A stretch of DNA of 64,000 nucleotides, from positions 1-64,000 of IMG/VR virus record IMGVR_UViG_3300009514_000013; one strand, given 5' to 3'. This DNA is from a virus. The position numbers and the translations under genes are program-made. Below the pieces are notes generated by a model. The model made no database searches. It was given only the letters and a program-made list of their open reading frames with translations, and had not been told where the DNA came from. Below are positions 1 through 9,484 of this stretch, piece after piece. Numbering within the stretch: the first letter of the stretch is position 1; each line of letters begins with the position of its first letter.

Positions 1-1
1 T

Positions 2-1330
2 TTGGACCAAAAGAACAAATCAATGCAGGCGTTCATCTACTGCACTCCTGAGAATGGAAGCAGTGGTGTTCTGGGCGAGGCAATTGTTCTCAACGGAACA
101 ACCCCTACAAATCTAGCCTTTTCCAACTTGAGTAATGTTGCGAATGTCAATTCAGCTCCAGATGTCCAAGGGACTGATTTTGCTGAAACCACCGATTACA
201 CAGTTGATCTTGTACTTGGTACGGTAACTCGTGTTGGAGGTGGAGCAATTGGAGATGGTGCAACTGTTTATGTCACCTACAATAGAACCGATATGGTGGC
301 AGCGGCTAGCACATGCGATGTCTTGTTGAAGAATTGTACAGTCCAAGGTCAGCGCTTTGTCGAAAATGGAATTACATACAACGATGTTGAAATTGGATTG
401 ATGGTTGAACCTTCTAGAGGTATTTCAGTAGCACCAAATTCATTCTCTGCAGGTGGTTGGTTTCATTATCGAGACGTTCCGGAATTGTTGGATCTTAGAT
501 ACGATCTAAATCTCGGTATTCCTATGCAGCATCTCAATGGGGTTGTAAGGATTGAGGATTGTGAATTCAAAGATCTGACTTTTGCATGGGATACTGAAGG
601 GCTTGAAGGTGTTTCCGCTACTCCTGGTGGACATACTTATCCGGCAGGTTCCGTGGATCGAAGTTTGTTTATGGCTAAGAGAGTCAAAATGGAACGTATC
701 GGGATTGATAATTTGACTCTCTGGTCGTGTATTCACGGCATCAATAGCGGTCTGGATATTGTCTATGATGATTGTGTCTGGCAGACAAACGGAGCAGTTT
801 TCCAAATGAATTCTTCAGCTGAAGATTCAAGTAGTGCTCATTTGGCCGGATGGGTCGGAGAGTCAAATTCACTAAATATGACCAATTGTCGAGCTCTAGA
901 TATTAAGGCTCCTCCTGGTCAATTTGGTATTTTCAATTTTCAACCTGTATTAATATTTGGCTTCGGAGGTTCAATTCCTAATAGGGCTAGTTCAATAAGT
1001 GGTTGTGAATTTGAATTCACAGGTCCTTTGGTCGACTTCTGGGAAATCATCATTTTTAGTCCTGTGAGTGAACTGTCGTTCAATAACAACAAGATTCGAA
1101 CTAGCCGAGGACATCGAGTGGAGCAAGCTCCTGTTCGTGTGAACGATGGAACTGTGTCTCTCATGGGGAATGATTTCTCAGATTGTCAGATTAATCCTGG
1201 TCATTCAGCTATCCGAATCGGTGGAGGTGGTGTTGATTGCACCATCCACGCTGAGCCGAACGACATGATTGAGGATCAGGGGACTGGTACTAAGATCACC
1301 GGTGGGACGCTGAGCACGACCCTACACTAG
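2..1330 (+). CDS. 5'-partial virion/tail-fibre-like protein with probable right-handed beta-helix C-terminal part
   Basis: DYTVDLVLGTVTRVGGGAIGDGATVYVTY virion-protein-type motif; repeated IEDCEF/YDDCVW/ISGCEF/FNNNKI beta-helix-like turns; lies upstream of lysis genes. Confidence 0.5.
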   Translation: MDQKNKSMQAFIYCTPENGSSGVLGEAIVLNGTTPTNLAFSNLSNVANVNSAPDVQGTDFAETTDYTVDLVLGTVTRVGGGAIGDGATVYVTYNRTDMVAAASTCDVLLKNCTVQGQRFVENGITYNDVEIGLMVEPSRGISVAPNSFSAGGWFHYRDVPELLDLRYDLNLGIPMQHLNGVVRIEDCEFKDLTFAWDTEGLEGVSATPGGHTYPAGSVDRSLFMAKRVKMERIGIDNLTLWSCIHGINSGLDIVYDDCVWQTNGAVFQMNSSAEDSSSAHLAGWVGESNSLNMTNCRALDIKAPPGQFGIFNFQPVLIFGFGGSIPNRASSISGCEFEFTGPLVDFWEIIIFSPVSELSFNNNKIRTSRGHRVEQAPVRVNDGTVSLMGNDFSDCQINPGHSAIRIGGGGVDCTIHAEPNDMIEDQGTGTKITGGTLSTTLH

Positions 1331-1347
1331 GTCAGAAGGAGTAATTC

Positions 1348-1920
1348 ATGACTGTTACATTGATTCTCCAGAACCAAGCATCAGCAGACACAACTGCTAC
1401 GGATGCGGCTGCTTCAGCAGAAGAGACATCGGCTGGCTTGGCAGCACTTCAGGCTGAGACCTCTGAAAGTCTTGCTCGGTTGAGCGAAGACGTGGAAGTC
1501 TTGAAAGATCAGGATGACATCAGAGCTGCCATTGTTGGAGCTGCTGAACTTTCTTTGGACTCAGCTGCTGAGGACATCACAGAAGGCGAGTTGAATGGAG
1601 GAGCAGCAGGCACTGTCCGCCGTACCTTCCAAGCATTCTTACGTCGTTCAGGTGGAGTTTCTCTTGGACTTGGTGGAGCACCTACAGTCACAACTGCTGA
1701 GAATGTTGTCGATGTAGATGTACTTGCTCCGACTGTGAATAGGAATGTCAGCTTCAATAAAGATGGAGTCATGGAAATTGAAATCATCTTTGATACAGAT
1801 GCAGGGGCGACTAAAACCTACGCAGCCGGAGATGATGTAAGTGTAACTCTGTCTTTCAACGGTATGGGTGCTTACGATGGTATTCCTGACGTTACCAAGA
1901 CTTACAACGTTATTACCTAA
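1348..1920 (+). CDS. hypothetical virion structural protein
   Basis: GAAGGAG RBS; Ala/Thr/Asp-rich with short coiled coil and beta-rich C-terminus; position in structural cluster. Confidence 0.45.
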   Translation: MTVTLILQNQASADTTATDAAASAEETSAGLAALQAETSESLARLSEDVEVLKDQDDIRAAIVGAAELSLDSAAEDITEGELNGGAAGTVRRTFQAFLRRSGGVSLGLGGAPTVTTAENVVDVDVLAPTVNRNVSFNKDGVMEIEIIFDTDAGATKTYAAGDDVSVTLSFNGMGAYDGIPDVTKTYNVIT

Positions 1921-1934
1921 GAAGGGATTTGAAT

Positions 1935-2141
1935 ATGGCAACGCAAGCTAACCGCGATTCTCTATCAACCGCTCTCTCTGCTAAGAACCAAGCTGACATC
2001 AAAAAGTATGGTTCTGCTCTCCTCGGTGAATTGAGGAATGGAGATCCGAAACCTACTGGTGGTGAGTTGGATATGTGTGATTCGACCGACGCATGCGCTC
2101 GGATGATTCACGCGATCAACTGGTATCTACGTCAACCGTAA
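1935..2141 (+). CDS. hypothetical protein
   Basis: ORF fills gap between neighbours; GAAGGGA upstream. Confidence 0.5.
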   Translation: MATQANRDSLSTALSAKNQADIKKYGSALLGELRNGDPKPTGGELDMCDSTDACARMIHAINWYLRQP

Positions 2142-2170
2142 AACGTTTTACCACGTGATGCTTTTGGGTC

Positions 2171-2809
2171 ATGACATGGCTAGTTCCAAAAGAACGCAGG
2201 TTCGAAACACCTGATCGTTATTGGTTTCGATACAAGCCAGAGAAAATCCAAGACATCGAAGCTATCATCATTCACTACACAGGTAGTCGAAAAGCCAAAC
2301 CAACTCGCAATTGGTTGACTCGTAAAGACGGGTCTTACGTGTCAGCGCACTTCCTCATCCATAGAGATGGAACTGTGGATCAACTAGCGTCTTTAGACGA
2401 CAGGTGTTTCCACGCTGGTGGTCGTACATCAAAACTCTTCGGAAAAGGGAATGTTAACGGAAGAACGATTGGGATCGAGTTGATGAACGTTGGTCCAATC
2501 ATTCCGCGTGCTGGTGATTCTTGGATGGATACCAATGGGAATCTGTTCAAAGGAGCTGGCATCAGTGCGGGTGGCAAGCGTCCAGGCCGAAGTGATGATT
2601 ACAAGTACATAAACTGGGAAGCATATCCGCCAGAGCAACTAGACGCTCTCCAGGATTTGCTTCGTAAGTTGATCAAAGAATTCCCATCTGTTGGAGAAGA
2701 TCTCAAAAACAGATTGATAGGTCATGAAGAAGTAGATCCGAAACGAAAGATGGATCCGGGTCCGGCGTTTCCTTGGGAAATCATCAGGAATGGAGTTGCC
2801 TGTGGATAG
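2171..2809 (+). CDS. endolysin, N-acetylmuramoyl-L-alanine amidase (Amidase_2/AmpD-like)
   Basis: IIIHYT, VSAHFLIHRDG, FHAG, IGIEL and GHEEV..RKMDPG zinc-amidase motifs. Confidence 0.9.
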   Translation: MTWLVPKERRFETPDRYWFRYKPEKIQDIEAIIIHYTGSRKAKPTRNWLTRKDGSYVSAHFLIHRDGTVDQLASLDDRCFHAGGRTSKLFGKGNVNGRTIGIELMNVGPIIPRAGDSWMDTNGNLFKGAGISAGGKRPGRSDDYKYINWEAYPPEQLDALQDLLRKLIKEFPSVGEDLKNRLIGHEEVDPKRKMDPGPAFPWEIIRNGVACG

Positions 2810-3128
2810 TCAAATTCAAGAACTCATTGCGATAGGGTTCGACAAATGGACTCTGCTGACAGCAGGTGGAATCTTCATTCTTCTAAGAGCATTGCAAAAG
2901 ACTGCCTTAGCGAAGTGGAATTGGTATCGAAGATCATTACCTATCATTCCGGAGTGTTTAGGGATCGCATCTGCGATTTTTGGAGGTCTTCCTGTTTTAG
3001 AAGGACAATCCGTTGTTCTGAAGATTGCGGCAGGTCTCTGGTGTGGATATCTCTCTCAACGCTTCCACAAGGTTTTGGGTCAAACCATATTAGGTGATGA
3101 CAAATCAATCACATCAAAAGAGGACTAA
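2802..3128 (+). CDS. putative holin
   Basis: small protein with 2-3 hydrophobic segments overlapping the endolysin stop. Confidence 0.55.
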   Translation: MDSQIQELIAIGFDKWTLLTAGGIFILLRALQKTALAKWNWYRRSLPIIPECLGIASAIFGGLPVLEGQSVVLKIAAGLWCGYLSQRFHKVLGQTILGDDKSITSKED

Positions 3129-3130
3129 AA

Positions 3131-3484
3131 ATGATGATCGAGAAGATGAAATGGTTATTCGCAGCTTCACTTGCAGCTGTCTTTGGGATTCTGGCTTTGC
3201 TTTATGGGAAAAAGACAAAATCTGTTCTGAGAGCAGAAGTTCGAGCTCATAATCAAAGAGGTCGAGTTCTGAACAATGAGATCAACGTTTTAGCTCACAA
3301 GGTTGAAGTTGAGAAAAACGGTAAGTTGAAGACCAGTCACATAGAAAAGGCTCAACACCTCTCCATGAAGCGTGCTAAGAACGAAGAAAAACGCCTTCGT
3401 TTGATAAAGACGGCGAATGGAGAGATGTCAGATGCTGACCTTGCTGATCACGACAACCACCCTACTCACAACGCAGCCAGTTAA
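3131..3484 (+). CDS. membrane-anchored protein, possible spanin subunit
   Basis: N-terminal TM (WLFAASLAAVFGILALLY), basic coiled-coil, in lysis cassette. Confidence 0.4.
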   Translation: MMIEKMKWLFAASLAAVFGILALLYGKKTKSVLRAEVRAHNQRGRVLNNEINVLAHKVEVEKNGKLKTSHIEKAQHLSMKRAKNEEKRLRLIKTANGEMSDADLADHDNHPTHNAAS

Positions 3485-3920
3485 TTGCTCCTTACAAGAA
3501 GGGGCTATTTGGAACACGGGAGATCAACAAGTTTCTGCTGTTGTTTGTGAAGGTCGAACAGGATTCTTTGTCCCATCTGCTCTGTATCGACGTCTTCGAA
3601 ATCCAGAGAACAGTCATGTCTACAAGTTACTACATGAAGAGTTGAAACTTGCTGACAAAGAGATCGTCCACCTGAAGAAAGCTCTCGAAGCATCATCAAA
3701 AGAATCCCAAAGTTACAAACGTATGGTTGATCAATATCGCCTGGACTGGACCCAATCAGAAGAAGCTTTGAGAGAAGCAAACAAGGACGTCAGATCTTTG
3801 GCATCGGTTTCATTCTTTGAACACCCAGTCTTGTGGTTCACACTGGGTGTGGTTGCTACGGTTGTGATTGTGAATACTCTTCAAGAAGATTCAGGTGCTA
3901 CTGTCGTGGTTCCGAAGTGA
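3426..3920 (+). CDS. exported coiled-coil protein with C-terminal TM, possible spanin-like
   Basis: signal-like N-terminus, coiled coil, C-terminal WFTLGVVATVVIV; overlaps previous gene as Rz/Rz1-type pairs do. Confidence 0.35.
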   Translation, partial: CQMLTLLITTTTLLTTQPVNCSLQEGAIWNTGDQQVSAVVCEGRTGFFVPSALYRRLRNPENSHVYKLLHEELKLADKEIVHLKKALEASSKESQSYKRMVDQYRLDWTQSEEALREANKDVRSLASVSFFEHPVLWFTLGVVATVVIVNTLQEDSGATVVVPK

Positions 3921-4109
3921 TGGTTTCAACTCATTTCTAAGCGAGTCCTCAAGCGAGTCCTCAAGCGAGGACCTAAGCGAGGAGCCAAGCGAGGGCCAAA
4001 GTGAGGTCTCAAGCGAGGAGCCAAGCGAGGAGCCAAGCGAGGAGCCAAGCGAGTCCTCAAGCGAGAACTCAAGCGAGGACCAAAGTGACTTCATTTCAAT
4101 CTTTTTCAT
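3891..4109 (-). CDS. SLxx tetrapeptide-repeat microprotein 1 (about 13 x 12-bp units)
   Basis: MKKIEMK-(SLxx)n-ELK; ATG overlaps TGA of upstream gene (TGATG). Confidence 0.7.
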   Translation of the reverse strand: MKKIEMKSLWSSLEFSLEDSLGSSLGSSLGSSLETSLWPSLGSSLRSSLEDSLEDSLRNELKPSLRNHDSST

Positions 4110-4594
4110 CAATCCAATCCTTTCCAAAACATGATTGGCAGTTCAACCAAATGAACACCAGCTACATCTCTTGCGTATTCCTCGACACCGATCAAGAAAT
4201 CTTGAAAGACATCTAGCGTTGGAGAACCGAGAAGAGCTTCACACCCATCAACTGACCAATGAAGAAACAATGGTTGACCCTCCCACTTGAGAACAGACCA
4301 GATGTCATCTCCCCAGTTGTATGGCCATTCTCTTTCTTCTACCTTCACCTCTTTGTTCTGATCTTTGAGAGAACGATCATATGGAACATACGGACCATCA
4401 TCTCTACCCCAGAACAGTTGTGGTCCCATAGCAGCCCACGTCTTGATCGGTTGAGCGTTTGTCAAGAAAGCTTTGAGAGTCACAGGTTGCAGCATTGTGT
4501 AGAGGGTACCTCTGAGAACAAGAGGTAGAGTTGGATCCCCTAATGGATGCTCCCAGGATGGGAAAGGTTGTCTATGAAGATTGTTGAAGTTCAT
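4109..4594 (-). CDS. hypothetical protein
   Basis: 161-aa ORF tiling the leftward operon. Confidence 0.6.
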   Translation of the reverse strand: MNFNNLHRQPFPSWEHPLGDPTLPLVLRGTLYTMLQPVTLKAFLTNAQPIKTWAAMGPQLFWGRDDGPYVPYDRSLKDQNKEVKVEEREWPYNWGDDIWSVLKWEGQPLFLHWSVDGCEALLGSPTLDVFQDFLIGVEEYARDVAGVHLVELPIMFWKGLD

Positions 4595-4799
4595 CTTCTA
4601 TCCGTCTCAAAGACCAAAGCGAGTCCTCAAGCGAGAACTCAAGCGAGTCCTCAAGCGAGAACTCAAGCGAGGAGCCAAGCGAGGACCTAAGCGAGGAGCC
4701 AAGCGAGGACCAAAGCGAGGAGCCAAGCGAGGACCAAAGCGAGGAGCCAAGCGAGGACCTAAGCGAGGAGTCAATATGTTTCATTTCAAATTCCTTCAT
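4572..4799 (-). CDS. SLxx repeat microprotein 2 (about 13 units)
   Basis: MKEFEMK...(SLxx)n...DEL; starts 1 nt after the RuvC stop. Confidence 0.7.
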   Translation of the reverse strand: MKEFEMKHIDSSLRSSLGSSLWSSLGSSLWSSLGSSLRSSLGSSLEFSLEDSLEFSLEDSLWSLRRIEDELQQSS

Positions 4800-4800
4800 T

Positions 4801-5331
4801 TCATCCACCAACTTTCTTCAAAACTTCTTTCTCTTGTTTGGTACCTTCTTCGAATCCAGCAAGTACCTTCGCCATCTCCATCAAGCCGTATGCATCAGCT
4901 TCATCATCAGTCTTCAACACCAGATTGTATTTGGAAGCGATCGTAGAGACCATCTGAGTTTTGTTTGCATTACCTTTACCAGTGACAAACTTCTTCAGGG
5001 TTGTAGGAGCAACCTCAACCAAGTGATCTGTCATTGGCAACAGACACTTCCGCAGTATTCCACCGAGTTCTCCTAGGTACACTCCAGCTGTATTGGCTCC
5101 ATATGCGTAACCTTCAATCACAATTACTTTCGGACGAATCTCTTGGATGACTTTAAGAGCATTCAAGACCAAATCATCGATACGTCTCATCCGTGCTTCA
5201 ACAGGAGCTTTCTTCCCAGGTGATTTGCTTTTGAACACGTGGACGTCTGTGAACCACTCCCTTTTTCGCAGTACTGATCTCGCTAGTGCAAAGCTCGTAA
5301 GTGATGGATCAATTCCAATAACACACTTCAT
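4801..5331 (-). CDS. ruvC: Holliday junction resolvase, RuvC-like
   Basis: IGIDPS, VIVIEG, KKFVTGKGNANK, DEADAYG catalytic motifs. Confidence 0.9.
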   Translation of the reverse strand: MKCVIGIDPSLTSFALARSVLRKREWFTDVHVFKSKSPGKKAPVEARMRRIDDLVLNALKVIQEIRPKVIVIEGYAYGANTAGVYLGELGGILRKCLLPMTDHLVEVAPTTLKKFVTGKGNANKTQMVSTIASKYNLVLKTDDEADAYGLMEMAKVLAGFEEGTKQEKEVLKKVGG

Positions 5332-5723
5332 TGTAGGTCCTCTGGATCAGGCTCCGAATGTACTGGGCATTGATTGACAGCAACACATAGCGGACATGCT
5401 ACCTTTTGATGTGCATGACATCGGCAAGCACACGAGTCGTTAAGATGTTCTAACCAGTATTCGAAGGCTTCTCTTCTACCTTCGTTCTTCACTTCTTCCA
5501 TTAGACTCACCAAGACTCTTCGATACAGATCGAGATCTGGACTCCTTTCGAAAGTGAAACCTCGAATAAACTTTTTCTTGTCTGATAGAAGTTCTTCTTC
5601 GAACTCATCGAGAACTTCTTTAATGAGCTTCTCATGATCAGGAAGTTCCTCCCATGGATCTTTGCGGCCTGTCTGGATGAGATCCTCATAGGCTTTCTTC
5701 AATATTTTCTTCAAGTTCGTCAT
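5328..5723 (-). CDS. hypothetical protein with C-terminal Cys/His cluster
   Basis: CACRCH..CPLC..CPVH; overlaps neighbours. Confidence 0.6.
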   Translation of the reverse strand: MTNLKKILKKAYEDLIQTGRKDPWEELPDHEKLIKEVLDEFEEELLSDKKKFIRGFTFERSPDLDLYRRVLVSLMEEVKNEGRREAFEYWLEHLNDSCACRCHAHQKVACPLCVAVNQCPVHSEPDPEDLQ

Positions 5724-5952
5724 TTGAACGCCATCTCAAGGAGCCAAGCGAGTCCTCAAGCGAGGAGCCAAGCGAGGAGCCAAGCGAGTACCTAAGCGAG
5801 TCCTCAAGCGAGGACCTAAGCGAGGACCAAAGCGAGTCCTCAAGCGAGTCCTCAAGCGAGTCCTCAAGCGAGAACTCAAGCGAGGACCAAAGCGAGTCCT
5901 CAAGCGAGAACTCAAGCGAGGACCAAAGTGACTTCATTTCAACCTTCTTCAT
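5686..5952 (-). CDS. SLxx repeat microprotein 3 (about 16 units)
   Basis: MKKVEMK-(SLxx)n. Confidence 0.7.
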   Translation of the reverse strand: MKKVEMKSLWSSLEFSLEDSLWSSLEFSLEDSLEDSLEDSLWSSLRSSLEDSLRYSLGSSLGSSLEDSLGSLRWRSNDELEENIEESL

Positions 5953-6577
5953 CAGAAATATCCGTTCCTTCAAACTCGATATCGAACGACAACACATCGT
6001 CGAAATCATCAACTTCAACTGTCTTGAGAATACGCCTCAATAGTTCTCTTTTTGCTCGTTGATACAACTGTTTGTTCTCAAGCCTTACTGTGCATCGAAG
6101 AGGCATTACAAACGTCTCTTCTTCAGGTTCCTTCATCTCTTTTCCGCAACCTTTGCAAGTTGCTCGGAACCCGTTGAATGCTAGACATGATGAGCACTGC
6201 CCTTCTGCAATTCGAAACCTCGTCTTGCGGATGCTTACCTTCTTGTCTGTAAACGAATCAGAGTGCTCATGGGTGAAGAACTCGTCATGTAGATCATTTC
6301 CAAGATCAACACCATCAGGCCACCAGTTTTGTTGTGTTTCTCGCCGTTCAGCTTCAATTCCTTTGTTCGTTTTTGTTACCAGTTTGAAAGCAGGAGTCAT
6401 CTGAGGAGCAAAGCCATCAAACAGAACCAACATCGAATGAGCAAAACCAGCCAGTTTGGCTTGATATGTCACTGCTTCTTTCCGTTCGACCCAAAAGTTG
6501 ATGAGTGACCAAATTGTTTGGAAGAGCTTTTCTCGCATCTCTTCTTGGTTCATTTCTCGATTTACAGGTTTCTTCAT
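5939..6577 (-). CDS. hypothetical protein with zinc ribbon
   Basis: CSSC...CKGC. Confidence 0.6.
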   Translation of the reverse strand: MKKPVNREMNQEEMREKLFQTIWSLINFWVERKEAVTYQAKLAGFAHSMLVLFDGFAPQMTPAFKLVTKTNKGIEAERRETQQNWWPDGVDLGNDLHDEFFTHEHSDSFTDKKVSIRKTRFRIAEGQCSSCLAFNGFRATCKGCGKEMKEPEEETFVMPLRCTVRLENKQLYQRAKRELLRRILKTVEVDDFDDVLSFDIEFEGTDISDEEG

Positions 6578-7416
6578 GAGTGTACTCCTACAACAATCAA
6601 CTCTTTCAGTTTTCGTTTTCGACCTTCCGATCGGCAGCTGATTGATCGATTCATGTCTACTTCGACGATCTTGAAATCTTCAAAAGTATTTCGAGTCCAT
6701 TCAGCATCGCTGCTAGACAGCATCACGTGAACACCTTTGTCATGTAGATCTTTATAAAGACCAGCCAATCGTTCATGATCATCCATGGTGAATCGGTTTC
6801 TGGTATACGAAGTGAACGAGGATGTCTTCGACACAGGGATGTAGGGTGGATCGAAATAGACAAAGTCTCCAGGAAGACAACTTTCACAAATTGTTTCAAA
6901 GTCTAATCTGAGAATCGTCGCTGTCTTTCTGAGTGTCTTGGCAACAGCTCTCAAGTTCTCCTCATCTAGGATCTTTGGGTTCTTGAACTTTCCATATGGG
7001 ACATTGAATTCACCCGATCGGTTCAAACGAAACAGGCCGTTGTAGCATGTCTTGTTTAGGTAGATCGTGCGAGCAGCTGCTTCTGTTGCTGTTAGCTCGA
7101 TTGGTTGCTGTTGTCGAAGTTCTAGGAAGAAATTCTTCTCTCGTTTCTGATGTTCCGACTGAAAAACTTCAAGGATTTTAATAACCCCATCACAGTCTGA
7201 AGCTAAAGAGTGATAGGTATTGATCAATTCTGAATTGAGATCACTGAGACTTGCTCCCAAGTTCAATCGAGAGTTTCTAGCTAGTGAGAAGTACAGTGCT
7301 CCACCACCAAGGAATGGTTCGTAGTACCTACCAAAGGTTTTGGGGATGTACTCCATCAAGTTGGGAAGAAGCCGTTTCTTTCCACCGGCGTATTTCAGAA
7401 ACGGTTTAGGAATCAC
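6574..7416 (-). CDS. dam: DNA adenine methyltransferase, Dam/D12 class
   Basis: KYAGGK, EPFLGGGA, NGLFRLN..GEFNVPYG, DPPY. Confidence 0.92.
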   Translation of the reverse strand: MIPKPFLKYAGGKKRLLPNLMEYIPKTFGRYYEPFLGGGALYFSLARNSRLNLGASLSDLNSELINTYHSLASDCDGVIKILEVFQSEHQKREKNFFLELRQQQPIELTATEAAARTIYLNKTCYNGLFRLNRSGEFNVPYGKFKNPKILDEENLRAVAKTLRKTATILRLDFETICESCLPGDFVYFDPPYIPVSKTSSFTSYTRNRFTMDDHERLAGLYKDLHDKGVHVMLSSSDAEWTRNTFEDFKIVEVDMNRSISCRSEGRKRKLKELIVVGVHS

Positions 7417-7733
7417 TGTTTCAACTCCTCTCTAAGCGAGGACCAAAGCGAGGACCTAAGCGAGTCCTCAAGCGAGTACCTAAGCGAGTCCTCAAGCGAG
7501 GTCTCAAGCGAGGACCTAAGCGAGGAGTAAAGCGAGGAGCCAAGCGAGTCCTCAAGCGAGGAGCCAAGCGAGAACCAAAGCGAGGACCAAAGCGAGAACC
7601 TAAACGAGTACCTAAGCGAGTCCTCAAGCGAGTCCTCAAGCGAGAACTCAAGCGAGTCCTCAAGCGAGGAGCCAAGCGAGGACCTAAGCGAGGTCTCAAG
7701 CGATTTCAATTTGATTTTCTCATCCATGAACAT
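7413..7733 (-). CDS. SLxx repeat microprotein 4 (about 23 units), first gene of leftward operon
   Basis: (SLxx)n-ELKQ; stop overlaps Dam start. Confidence 0.7.
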   Translation of the reverse strand: MFMDEKIKLKSLETSLRSSLGSSLEDSLEFSLEDSLEDSLRYSFRFSLWSSLWFSLGSSLEDSLGSSLYSSLRSSLETSLEDSLRYSLEDSLRSSLWSSLREELKQ

Positions 7734-7748
7734 GGTGTATCACATATA

Positions 7749-7778
7749 TTGACTAGTGTCATTAGGTTCTTTTAGAGT
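7749..7778 (+). promoter_or_regulatory. sigma70-type promoter TTGACT-N18-TAGAGT, probably leaderless transcript
   Basis: in the divergent intergenic gap; ATG 8 nt after the -10 box, no SD. Confidence 0.55.
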
Positions 7779-7786
7779 CTTAAGTT

Positions 7787-8032
7787 ATGAAACCAAATCC
7801 AAAGCTTGATCAGAAAATGATGGCCAATGGATACGTGTCTGTGCACGAAGCTTCGAAGAGAACAGGCATTTCCAAACCACAGATCTACGATGGGATCAAC
7901 ACCGGTAGTATCGAGTCTGTAATGGTTGTCAACCGCAAGTATTTAGAAATCGAAAGCTTTCTTGAGTTTGCAGGAGACGGCGGAAGAGTTCTTTGGGAAC
8001 GATACGAATCTGAAGAAACACAAAGCTCATAG
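7787..8032 (+). CDS. excisionase-like HTH DNA-binding protein
   Basis: VSVHEASKRTGISKPQIYDGIN HTH pattern. Confidence 0.65.
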   Translation: MKPNPKLDQKMMANGYVSVHEASKRTGISKPQIYDGINTGSIESVMVVNRKYLEIESFLEFAGDGGRVLWERYESEETQSS

Positions 8033-8050
8033 AGCACGAGAGGAAGATCC

Positions 8051-9484
8051 GTGGAGTTGACCTTTCGCGTCCACCGTGGACTTGAACTAAAGACAGAAGG
8101 TGTTGATGGAGACCTCCTCAAAGGTCTCAAAAAAGCGTTCACCTATTCCAATCCAGAATTCCACAAGAAAGAAAGGTTTAACGTTTCTACTTGGAACACA
8201 CCTAGGTTTTTGTGTTCATATGAAGATGTTGGAGATACCATCCTTTTCCCACGAGGTGGTATCGGGAAACTCAGGAAAGTTCTTGATGAATTTGGAATCA
8301 CAAATTGCAAGTTCATAGACGATCGTCTTGAGTTGGACACTGTTGAGTTTGAGCTCAGTGAAAGAGCTCAACCCGTTACTCTGAGACCAGACCAAGAAAA
8401 GCTCAAAGCCGCTATTATTCAGCGTGAAAACTGTCTTATCCGATCGGCTACAGGTTCTGGAAAAACAGAACTGATCATCGATCTCATTCGAGAAATCGGC
8501 CAACCGTCTCTAGTTGTTGTTTGGTCATCGGGTCTACTCAAACAATGGGTTGAACGTATCAAACTCAGATGGGGTTGGGATGAAAATGATATTGGAATCG
8601 TGGGTGGTGGGAAGAAACGAATCCGACCTCTTACTATTGCAATGCAACAAACGCTTTGGAAGAACGCTCATGAAATTGCTCCTCATTTTGGTTTGATCGT
8701 CGGTGATGAAATCCAGCGTTGGAGCTCCAGAACATTCCAAGAAACCATTTCTCAGTTTCCAGCTAGATACAGAATCGGAGTATCGGCCGATGAACGTCGT
8801 AAGGATCGCCTTGAGGTACTTACCCACGATGCCTTTGGTCAGGTAGTGGCGGAAATCTCACGAGAGGAACTCATAGCCCAAGGAAAGCTATGCGAAGTAG
8901 AGATCCTTGTTGTCCCAACGGAAAACCGAATCGTTGAACTAGACCAAGCTCCTCCCCAGGATCGGGGTCAAATCCTGGCAAAATTGTATACCAAGATCAT
9001 CGGTCACCTGGTCCAAGACCGATACCGGAACAACATCATTTCTCAGATAGCTGGCCATGAGGCTCACGAAAAGGGCCGTAGCATCATCATCTTCACCGAC
9101 CGAGTGAATCATGCCCGGGAGCTCTCAAAGCTCATCACAGGGGCTGAGAGCGTACCCTGTGGCATGTGCATAGGTGGTCCTGAAAACAGAGAGTTGTTTG
9201 AAGAGACTACCGAACTGCTTAACAACGGTACGATCAAATGCGCTGTTGGTACCTCAGCAGTGTATCAAGGGATTGATATTCCGAGACTCACAGTGGGGAT
9301 CGTCGGGACTCCAACCGGCAACAACCAACAACTCCTTGAGCAACAGATCGGAAGGCTCCGAAGGAAGTTCCCGGGGAAGATCAGAGGCACCCTCTATTAC
9401 ATTTGGGATCGTCATATTTTCCCCAATCATCTACGTAACTTAGAACGTTGGTACGGACGAGACTTGGTCAGGGTGGTGGAGTGA
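8051..9484 (+). CDS. superfamily 2 helicase (DEAD/DEAH-like)
   Basis: SATGSGKT, IVGDE, GIDIPRL, QQIGRLRR. Confidence 0.88.
   Translation: MELTFRVHRGLELKTEGVDGDLLKGLKKAFTYSNPEFHKKERFNVSTWNTPRFLCSYEDVGDTILFPRGGIGKLRKVLDEFGITNCKFIDDRLELDTVEFELSERAQPVTLRPDQEKLKAAIIQRENCLIRSATGSGKTELIIDLIREIGQPSLVVVWSSGLLKQWVERIKLRWGWDENDIGIVGGGKKRIRPLTIAMQQTLWKNAHEIAPHFGLIVGDEIQRWSSRTFQETISQFPARYRIGVSADERRKDRLEVLTHDAFGQVVAEISREELIAQGKLCEVEILVVPTENRIVELDQAPPQDRGQILAKLYTKIIGHLVQDRYRNNIISQIAGHEAHEKGRSIIIFTDRVNHARELSKLITGAESVPCGMCIGGPENRELFEETTELLNNGTIKCAVGTSAVYQGIDIPRLTVGIVGTPTGNNQQLLEQQIGRLRRKFPGKIRGTLYYIWDRHIFPNHLRNLERWYGRDLVRVVE

Noticed and set aside
4581-4946. Antisense KRGP/KRGA histone-like ORFs and RLGP, SQAR or SSEE frames of the arrays
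   Set aside because: Shadows of stop-free repeats; only the SLxx frame has conserved start and end motifs, coupling and consistent orientation
3930-7705. SLxx arrays as CRISPR arrays
   Set aside because: Constant part is about 7 bp and variable part about 5 bp from a reused vocabulary; no unique spacers and no cas genes
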